64,000 nucleotides of DNA from an uncultured Acidobacteriaceae bacterium (lineage in GTDB: Bacteria > Acidobacteriota > Terriglobia > Terriglobales > Acidobacteriaceae): assembly GCA_963744625.1 (NCBI GenBank), contig CAVUUK010000007.1, positions 310,338 through 374,337 of the forward strand. Direction: 5' to 3'. Position numbers and translations under genes: made by a program. The notes under the pieces were generated by a model that searched no databases, was not told the origin of the DNA, and saw only the letters and a list, made by a program, of their open reading frames with translations. The number at the start of each line of letters is the position of its first letter. Positions within the stretch are counted from its first letter, which is position 1. Shown piece after piece: positions 54,901 through 62,266 of this stretch.

Positions 54901-54923
54901 GGAACCGGGAACTGCGAACTACC
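54901..54923 (-). repeat. GTTC/GAAC short-repeat element abutting the MFS stop codon (copy D)
   Basis: Plus-strand sequence GGAACCGGGAACTGCGAACTACC immediately precedes the TCA (= TGA stop) at 54924. 13 nt are identical to 43650-43662, and AACTGCGAACT is shared with 50497-50507. Confidence 0.75.
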
Positions 54924-56102
54924 TCACCACTCAAACAAATGCACCACCAGCAAAATCACCGTAGCCCCGAGCGGAATCAGCATCCCCGCGCGCAGGCTTC
55001 CCGTGTTATGTGAGATTACACCCACCATCCACGGAATCACCGCCGGCCCCACCGACGCCAGCGAGAACATCAGCGCCCCAATGCTCCGTGCCGCCACTCC
55101 AAATCGCTGCGACAAACGCGCCACCGTAATCGGATACAGCGTCGCAAAACTAAGCCCCGTAATCAGCGCGCCGCCAATCGCCCCCGCCACTCCAGGCGCC
55201 AGAAGAATCAGCCCAATCCCCGCAGCCCCCGCCGCATACCCCGCCCGCAAAACGCGCCGCTCTGAAAAGTAATGCAGGAACGCCGTTCCCAGCGCCCGCC
55301 CCAGCGTCAACGCCGACCAGAAGAACGCAGGCATCATCGACGCCATCGCCGCCCCGCGCGGGCCCAGCCGCGAGACATACGAGCCGATCCATCCACCCAC
55401 CGCCGTCTCCGCTCCCGGATACAGAAAGAAGATGGCCGCGAAAATCCATATCACCGGATTCTTCACCATCTCCCGCCACGAAGCCGACCCTGAAGATTCC
55501 GCCGCGCTCGCCGCCTCAGGAAACGGAAGGTTGCGCATCCCCACCGCCAGCACCACCAGCACAACTGCGACGGCGCCCAGAAACACCGGCACGAATCCAT
55601 GCGCTGCCGCCCAAGCTACCATCACCGAACAAAACACCGCGCCCACGCCCCAGAAGAAATTCAGTAAGCTGACCGCGCCCGCCCGAGTGATCAGCCCAGA
55701 ACTGCTTCCAATCTCCGCGATCAGCAGGTTGTCCGTCGGCACAATCAGCCCCAGACCCAGCCCATAAACTCCCACCGAAGCGAGCCCAAGACTTAGCGAT
55801 CCCATGTAGAGCGTCGACACTCCGCCAGCCATCAGCAACAGTCCCAGCAAAAATGCAGGACGAAATCCCCACCGCGCCAGCATCACTCCCGACAGCTGCA
55901 CGCCAACGAGCGATGCCAGAAACTGCACTAGGAACAGATTGCCCGCCTGCGTGTCATTCAGAGTCCAGTGCGCAATCAGAATCGGCAGCATCGGCCCGAG
56001 CAGCGTCTGGAGAATCCCCGTAGGAAAGAAAGCAATCTGCCCTGCCAGCACCAGCTTCCGGTGCGACAACAGATCGCCAGTTTCGAGTTGAGGGCTGGCC
56101 AT
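54924..56102 (-). CDS. MFS transporter (12-TM type)
   Basis: About 392 aa, uniformly hydrophobic with about 12 helices, and MFS-like loop motifs (GVMLARWGFRPAF). ATG 56102 is preferred over TTG 56132. Confidence 0.8.
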   Translation of the reverse strand: MASPQLETGDLLSHRKLVLAGQIAFFPTGILQTLLGPMLPILIAHWTLNDTQAGNLFLVQFLASLVGVQLSGVMLARWGFRPAFLLGLLLMAGGVSTLYMGSLSLGLASVGVYGLGLGLIVPTDNLLIAEIGSSSGLITRAGAVSLLNFFWGVGAVFCSVMVAWAAAHGFVPVFLGAVAVVLVVLAVGMRNLPFPEAASAAESSGSASWREMVKNPVIWIFAAIFFLYPGAETAVGGWIGSYVSRLGPRGAAMASMMPAFFWSALTLGRALGTAFLHYFSERRVLRAGYAAGAAGIGLILLAPGVAGAIGGALITGLSFATLYPITVARLSQRFGVAARSIGALMFSLASVGPAVIPWMVGVISHNTGSLRAGMLIPLGATVILLVVHLFEW

Positions 56103-56260
56103 AAGAAAGAGGATGTCCCCAATCCAAATCAAGAATCAGTGTAGGGAATCTCCAGCATACCCCAAGGGTTCACCGAACAATGTGGACGATATAGGTGATC
56201 CTGGGAAACAGCGGATGAACTACAAAAGCCGGCAATGGTAAACTGTAATTCCAATTCGCC

Positions 56261-56354
56261 GGAGAGGTGGCCGAGAGGCTGAAGGCGGCGGTTTGCTAAA
56301 CCGTTATACGGGCTAACACCTGTATCGAGGGTTCGAATCCCTCCCTCTCCGCCA
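56261..56354 (+). tRNA. tRNA-Ser (anticodon GCU)
   Basis: GGAGAGGTGGCCGAGAGGCTGAAGGCGGCGGTTTGCTAAACCGTTATACGGGCTAACACCTGTATCGAGGGTTCGAATCCCTCCCTCTCCGCCA. This is a class II tRNA with a long variable arm, anticodon loop TTGCTAA, T-loop TTCGAAT, and encoded CCA. Confidence 0.95.
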
Positions 56355-56782
56355 GCTTTTCAACTACTTACGTTCCACCAAATCACACGACAAATCGGTT
56401 AGGCCTGAGCGAGCGCAAGCCGAAGGCTTCAACGGTTTGCTGGATTGTGCCATCAGAACGCAAGCAGTGATGGAGGACTCGTGCACATCCAGTCCGCGGC
56501 ACCCTCATCTGTCAAAGACCAATTTTTAGACGACTTACCCATGTTCCCCTTTTCTTACATTTCAATCAACCAGTCCCAGAACAAGTCCCTTGCGTCAACC
56601 TCCATGAAATTTGCCGGGCGAAAGCCGAGTAAGAATCGAGATGACTGATCGCATATGATTACAAAAATAACTTGGAAGCACGGTGCTCGAGGGGAACCGG
56701 TTGACAAAAATCGACAAGTCTGGAGCCAAGAAAATATTGAGCTGCAATTGGTTCAGACAAGCAATCTCAGTTCCGGCCGACC

Positions 56783-57136
56783 TCAACCTGAAAAGCGCGA
56801 CTTCTTATCTATCGGCACAATCTCCTCGGGTGGACCATAACCGCGATCGTGTGCCTGATTGGAGACCGCATATAGCTTCAGGTCGCTCCAACTCCATCGA
56901 CTGGAAATGAATGGTCTCCCGCAGGCACAGTATAGCGTCCATTCATTTGCGAATCCTTCAGCCAGCGGCATCAAGTACGACCCGTTACGGTACGGGCTGA
57001 AGCCAGGCAAATATCGAGTCAAGCATTTTGGGCACTCAACGCAATGGCGGACACGGGAAGCCATGGCATGTGTCGGTGAGTTCCTTCGAGGGAAACTGGC
57101 GGGCATGCGCTCAGCCCTCGGGCTACCGCCTGTCAC
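56783..57136 (-). CDS. hypothetical Cys-rich small protein (putative zinc-ribbon)
   Basis: ORF with HCVECPKCLTRY...LYCACG (CxxCxxC ... CxC). ATG 57064 (MASRVRHCVECPKC, 93 aa) is a plausible shorter start. No family recognised and coding status is unproven. An antisense ORF at 56859-57143 also exists. Confidence 0.4.
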   Translation of the reverse strand: MTGGSPRAERMPASFPRRNSPTHAMASRVRHCVECPKCLTRYLPGFSPYRNGSYLMPLAEGFANEWTLYCACGRPFISSRWSWSDLKLYAVSNQAHDRGYGPPEEIVPIDKKSRFSG

Positions 57137-57263
57137 CGGCTGACAAACGTTGCGGGTGCGTTCGCGTGTGCTGATTCAGAACAAAGCAGGCCGAGGGCCG
57201 TCTTTGGAGGAAAATACATGAGGTTTCAATCCTCAGCTGTGTGTTGCCGGACTAGAGAGTGAC

Positions 57264-57277
57264 GAATTGACCAATTC
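57264..57277. promoter_or_regulatory. perfect palindrome GAATTG-AC-CAATTC, candidate TetR operator
   Basis: 6-bp arms with a 2-nt spacer, in the 278-bp divergent region between the Cys-rich ORF and the TetR gene. Confidence 0.3.
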
Positions 57278-57414
57278 TAGAAATAAAGTAAACAAGCTCA
57301 CTGATCAATTCATGCGAATATCAGTAGAGATTGCCGGCGATGCTATGAGATTCGGGAAGCCGGAAGAACCATTTGCCTCGACAACTGCAGTCCGCAACAT
57401 GCATACTAGTTGGT

Positions 57415-58092
57415 ATGTTGGCAGGTAGAAACAGACCGAGACGCAGCGGGGCCACACCGCGCGATCCGGAGCGCACGCGAGGGCGCTTGTTGCGGGCCGC
57501 CTTCCAAGAGATGCACCGCTCGGGATTTCGAAACGCTGACCTGGGTGCCATTCTGGCCAGAGCAGGCGTGACCAAGGGAGCGTTGTATTACCACTTCGAT
57601 AACAAAGAGGCCCTCGGGTATGCGGTGGTGGACGAGGTCATGACGAGCGATCTTCATCAGAAGTGGGTGCAGCCTTTACGGAATGCCAAAAACCCCATCG
57701 ACGTTCTTATCCGCATTGTTCAGTCCGAATCGCTGAAAAGACAAGACGTTGAGCGTAGTTGCCCTTTGCTTAACTTGTCCCAAGAGATGTCAGGTATTGA
57801 CGAGGGATTCCGCAGAAGGACGGCAAAACTTTTTAGGGACTGGCACGATGCAATCGCGGAGGCGCTACGTGAAGGACAGAAACGTGGGACGGTAAGGAGT
57901 GATGTAAACGCAAGCGAAACGGCTACTTTCCTGGTCGCGGCATACGAGGGTTATGTCGTTTTAGCGAAGAATTCGCAGGATCCACGGACGATGCAATCCG
58001 GCCAAAGAAGGGTGAGCGGCCATCTCGAGTCTCTGCGCCCGGCGCGAGCGGGTGCCAGCGGCAGGCCGAGGCTAATCCGCCGCTTTCGTTAG
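57415..58092 (+). CDS. TetR/AcrR family transcriptional regulator
   Basis: N-terminal HTH TRGRLLRAAFQEMHRSGFRNADLGAILARAGVTKGALYYHFDNKEALGYAVV. About 225 aa from ATG 57415. Confidence 0.85.
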   Translation: MLAGRNRPRRSGATPRDPERTRGRLLRAAFQEMHRSGFRNADLGAILARAGVTKGALYYHFDNKEALGYAVVDEVMTSDLHQKWVQPLRNAKNPIDVLIRIVQSESLKRQDVERSCPLLNLSQEMSGIDEGFRRRTAKLFRDWHDAIAEALREGQKRGTVRSDVNASETATFLVAAYEGYVVLAKNSQDPRTMQSGQRRVSGHLESLRPARAGASGRPRLIRRFR

Positions 58093-58289
58093 GGGTTGTA
58101 ACGTGTTTCGTAAATGCATAGTGCAATGGCGCCGGCCTTGCGAGAGCAACCGATGATGGGGTTCACCATAGTGTCCAGGTTGTTGCTCCGTCAACATACA
58201 TACCGGTATGTATTATGTACAACGATCAGTCATGATGGCCGCATCGTAGTTTGAAGGCGTTTTCAAGTCCGTATCGAAGGGGAAAATCA

Positions 58290-59015
58290 ATGAACCGAAC
58301 GATAGTGAGGACAGTCACTCTAGGGAGTTTGGTGCAGGTTGTCGTGCTGATCATGGCGTGGCAAGCGCTGGCACAGGACGCCAAAGTGCCGTATCCAAGC
58401 ATGGCTCCGCTTGGTCAATACCTAATGGCGGATCGAAACGCTGAGATTGCTCTGGCGCGAAGCGCGGCACCGGAGGCCATCTCACGCGATGCCGATGTCC
58501 TCGTCCTTGGACGGCATGGCTATGAAACCATAGTCAAAGGCAAAAATGGTTTCGTATGCGCTGTAGAGCGAGGGTGGATGGGCGGATTCGACGGCCCTAA
58601 CTTTTGGAACCCTAAGATTCGAGGTCCGGTCTGCTACAATCCGCCAGCGGCCCGCTCCGTCCTACCGTTGACGTATAAAAGAACGGAGATGATATTGGCC
58701 GGTCAATCCAAAGCTCAGATCATCGAGGGCATCAAGACATTCATAAAGCAAGAGCTGCCGCCCCTGGAGCCTGGAGCCATGTGCTACATGATGTCGAAGG
58801 AACAGTACCTTAACGATGGCGAGCACCACAATTGGATCGCTCACCTGATGTTTTACACTCCCCTCATGGACGGTTCGGTTTGGGGTGCAGATCTGCCCCA
58901 CTCTCCCGTCATGCTAGCTCCGCAGTTCGGTGGCGCTCCGGAACCAATCGACGTATTTATGGTTCCGGCTGGCTGGTGGTCGGATGGAACACCGGACCCC
59001 GTCAAAGCCATGTAG
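58290..59015 (+). CDS. hypothetical secreted protein, family not recognised
   Basis: ATG 58290 is preceded by GAAGGGG. Signal peptide MNRTIVRTVTLGSLVQVVVLIMAWQALAQD. The composition is globular. I can name no motif. Confidence 0.6.
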   Translation: MNRTIVRTVTLGSLVQVVVLIMAWQALAQDAKVPYPSMAPLGQYLMADRNAEIALARSAAPEAISRDADVLVLGRHGYETIVKGKNGFVCAVERGWMGGFDGPNFWNPKIRGPVCYNPPAARSVLPLTYKRTEMILAGQSKAQIIEGIKTFIKQELPPLEPGAMCYMMSKEQYLNDGEHHNWIAHLMFYTPLMDGSVWGADLPHSPVMLAPQFGGAPEPIDVFMVPAGWWSDGTPDPVKAM

Positions 59016-59138
59016 CGCACACCGCCGGGCGAGAGAATGGGCCGATGTTTTCTCGGCGTCATCCGGTTGGGAGCCACACCGGCGTTTATTCCTGGACGTT
59101 TGCGCCGGTGGAACAGAGATGGATAGTGAGTGAAAACC

Positions 59139-59921
59139 ATGCGAGTGCTGCTCGTGGATGATGAGCGCGTGGGCCAAACGGCGTTGGCAAGTGTCCTGTC
59201 GGCGAGGAGCGACGTGGAGCATTTCGATTTGGCCAACGATGCGGCCGAAGCACTCGAAAAATTGGCCACGAACTCTTACGATGTTTTGCTTCTCGACATC
59301 AATATGCTGGACTTGTCGGGCACTGAACTAGTCGACGATCTTAGGGAACGAACCCTTCCGGTGCCATCGATCGTGTTTGTAACGGAACACATTGAACATG
59401 CGGTCGCAGCCTTCCAGAGGCACACCGTAGACTACGTGCTAAAGCCGTTCTCGAACGAAAGCATCAACGAGGCCCTGGACCGGGCCTCTCGAAGAGCAAC
59501 GGGCGAGCGAGCCGCAAAATTGATCGAAGCTTTGCCGCAGTTGCAGAAACTGTCTCGTCCCGGTCACCCGATGATAGCGATCAAAGCTAAAGGAAGGATT
59601 CTCTTCATCAATCCTAGCGATGTGGTCGCAGTTCGAGCTGAGGGCAATTATGTGTCACTGCAGCGGGAATCGGACTCTTATCTGCTGCGCGAGTCAATCT
59701 CGTTGGTGGCAGAAAAGCTGAAACCATACGGATTCATTCGGATCCATCGATCCGCGCTGGTAAATACCTCGTTTGTCGTAGAGATCAAGCCGTACTCGAC
59801 GGGAAAGTATGGTCTCCGCGTTAAAGGTGGGAAGGAATACGCAGTTACCCGCGGTTACACAAAGAATCTCAAACCCCTCACAGAATTCCGGATCGGTAGC
59901 GGCAAGTTCCTTGTCGGATAG
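59139..59921 (+). CDS. LytR/AlgR family response regulator (receiver + LytTR DNA-binding domain)
   Basis: MRVLLVDDE...VLLLDINMLDLSG...VFVT receiver domain. C-terminal LytTR domain (ILFINPSDVVAVRAEGNYVSLQ...FIRIHRSALVN). No adjacent histidine kinase. Confidence 0.88.
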   Translation: MRVLLVDDERVGQTALASVLSARSDVEHFDLANDAAEALEKLATNSYDVLLLDINMLDLSGTELVDDLRERTLPVPSIVFVTEHIEHAVAAFQRHTVDYVLKPFSNESINEALDRASRRATGERAAKLIEALPQLQKLSRPGHPMIAIKAKGRILFINPSDVVAVRAEGNYVSLQRESDSYLLRESISLVAEKLKPYGFIRIHRSALVNTSFVVEIKPYSTGKYGLRVKGGKEYAVTRGYTKNLKPLTEFRIGSGKFLVG

Positions 59922-60109
59922 CCTACCGCCAGACGCAGTGTGGACGGTGCACCTGCCACCGACACAGACCGGACCACGGGCAAAGGGGAAATTACTCCGC
60001 TCCAGAAATCGGGTTGGAGGAAGTGTGCATGCTGCCAAACGTCGATCCAACCCGGAGTTCCTCCAAGCCCATCTCGCCACAACGCAGAAGTCATCGCCTG
60101 GGATGCGCC

Positions 60110-61699
60110 CTAAGATGAGGAGTCCGCGGGCAACCTGGGGCGATCATGTTTCGGCGGAATCATGAGCCATGCGACGGCAGCACTTGCCAGAGACAGGCCT
60201 GCGCAGATCGACATGACAATTCGGAATCCATATATAAACGCTTCCCTCACGGATTCCTTGAGAGCGGCGTTCGCGCTCGGATTAAGCCCAGCGGGCAGCG
60301 GTAAGCCGGCGAGCTTGATCTCGTTCGCTTGCACCTCCTGTCGAATGTAAGACGGCAGGGAGAGACCAGCCAAACTCCGATCTAGTCGAAAACTAAACGC
60401 CTTCGCCATTACAATTCCAAGCACCGCAATACCGAGTACCCCTGCTACCCGTGCCACTGCATTGTTGATTCCGGAAGCCGTGCCCACTCGGTCTTCCTTA
60501 ACTGAATCCATTACCACCGTGGTAAGAGGAGCGACGGTGAAAGCCATCCCAAATCCCAGGACAATGATCGCCGGAAAAAACGACTTCCAATAGCTATCCC
60601 CAACGTTAGGCGCACAGAACAGAGCGAAACCGATTGCGGCAATAAAAGGTCCAACCATCAGCGGACCTCTCGATCCATGGCGGGCAACGAGTCCGCCCGC
60701 CCAGCGCGAAAGAACAAACATCAGCAGAATGAAGGGAAGGATCGCAATACCGGCCCCGGTTGGGGAATACCCTTGGACTTGGATCAGATTCAAAGGGAAC
60801 AAGAAAAAGAAAATTCCAATCGCTGCATACAAAAGGAACGTAAGAAGGTTCGCACCACTAAACCTCTGAGAATAAAACAGCGCGAGCGGCACCATCGGAG
60901 AAGGAAGGCGCGCTTCGACGAAAACGAATGTGATAAGACCCCCGAATCCTACAATCAAACTTCCGAAGACGAAGCCATTCGTCCAGCCCAAGTTCGCTGA
61001 CTCGAGGAAGCCGTACACCAAGCCGCCGAGCCCAAGTGTCGCGAGGAGCGCTCCAATCCCATCGATGCGTCCAGCAGTCAGGTGGCGGCTTTCCGGAATT
61101 CGCCAAAGCGAAATGGCTATCACGGACGCTGCAATCGGAAGATTGATGAGGAACGCCCAGCGCCAGGAGGCATGCTCAACCAGCCAACCGCCAAGAACGG
61201 GCCCGATCGCTGTGGTGATCGCTGTAGAGCCCGACCACGTGCCGATCGCTTGCCCACGACTCTTTTCGTCGAAGGACGCACCGATAATCGCGAGACTTCC
61301 AGGCACCAGGAGTGCAGCTCCTACTCCTTGAATACTCCTGGCGACGATCAACTGATGAATGTTCGAAGCCAAGCCGCAACCGGCGGATGCAACCGAGAAG
61401 ATGGCCACGCCCACCAAGTAAATCCTACGGCGCCCAAACAGGTCGCCCAAGGAGCCCCCGACGAGAATTAGCGCACCCAGAAACAGGCCATAAGACTCGA
61501 CCACCCATTGCACACCCACCACCGTCGCGTGAAAGCTACCCTGTATCGCAGGCAGAGCGACGTTGACGACTGTGCTGTCGATGAATGCCATGCTGGAACC
61601 GAGAATCGTTGCAGTGAGAATCCATCGCCTGGTTCTTTCTCCACACGAGACTTCGCCACCGCCTGCTCGGAGTACGGCTTCATCGCAAGGCGCTCTCAT
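60110..61699 (-). CDS. MFS transporter, DHA2 (EmrB/QacA, 14-TM) drug:H+ antiporter type
   Basis: 529 aa. MAFIDSTVVNVALPAIQ, GSLGDLFGRRRIY and ARSIQGVGAALLVPGSLAII motifs, with about 14 hydrophobic helices. Confidence 0.85.
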   Translation of the reverse strand: MRAPCDEAVLRAGGGEVSCGERTRRWILTATILGSSMAFIDSTVVNVALPAIQGSFHATVVGVQWVVESYGLFLGALILVGGSLGDLFGRRRIYLVGVAIFSVASAGCGLASNIHQLIVARSIQGVGAALLVPGSLAIIGASFDEKSRGQAIGTWSGSTAITTAIGPVLGGWLVEHASWRWAFLINLPIAASVIAISLWRIPESRHLTAGRIDGIGALLATLGLGGLVYGFLESANLGWTNGFVFGSLIVGFGGLITFVFVEARLPSPMVPLALFYSQRFSGANLLTFLLYAAIGIFFFLFPLNLIQVQGYSPTGAGIAILPFILLMFVLSRWAGGLVARHGSRGPLMVGPFIAAIGFALFCAPNVGDSYWKSFFPAIIVLGFGMAFTVAPLTTVVMDSVKEDRVGTASGINNAVARVAGVLGIAVLGIVMAKAFSFRLDRSLAGLSLPSYIRQEVQANEIKLAGLPLPAGLNPSANAALKESVREAFIYGFRIVMSICAGLSLASAAVAWLMIPPKHDRPRLPADSSS

Positions 61700-62117
61700 G
61701 GAGACTATGGATGCTATTCGGGATGCATTGGGTCCGAAGATCGATCAGGCAAAAGCTATTAGGATCATTGCTATTTTCGAGCATTCAGGGCCAGAAGTCC
61801 TCATGCGGGAAATGCTCCGCTCTCCCCGAAACCCGCTTCTGGGAGTTTGACGTCGACAGTCGCTGAGATTCCTGCAGAACGATGGACAACCCGGAAGTTG
61901 ATATGGCCGGACAGCGTCGAACTGCAATGAAGTCTGGCCAGCCAGAACGGAAGCGCGCACTGCGGGGACGCAACCACGGCGGGCGGCACCAGCCGAGTAG
62001 GTCCATTTCCTAGATTTGCGGAAGCGGATTAGCAATGGCGCCGAAGTGAATCTTTGCCCCCGGCGCCACCCTTCCCCGAAACAACGCCAGTTTGCGGCAA
62101 TCGTGTCGCAAAGTAAA

Positions 62118-62144
62118 TGTACAGAGGAAAATTTGGTTCTGTAC
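62118..62144. promoter_or_regulatory. inverted repeat TGTACAGA-N12-TCTGTAC, candidate operator
   Basis: Read directly from the sequence. It lies in the AT-rich 567-bp divergent region between the DHA2 pump gene and the CadC-like regulator gene. Confidence 0.3.
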
Positions 62145-62266
62145 TAACTCTTAACTGATAACCATCAGATAACAGACGGGTTACCTATTTCTGAAATCTA
62201 AACTCTAGGCAATTCTGTGGTAGGATAAACGGTAGTCATCGCGCCTCCCCCCACAAAGAAGTTGCC

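Noticed and set aside
56355-62266. Calling the tRNA-Ser-adjacent stretch an integrative genomic island or prophage remnant
   Set aside because: I found by eye no integrase, recombinase, phage or conjugation gene, and no direct repeat of the tRNA 3' end. It is reported only as an accessory-looking region.
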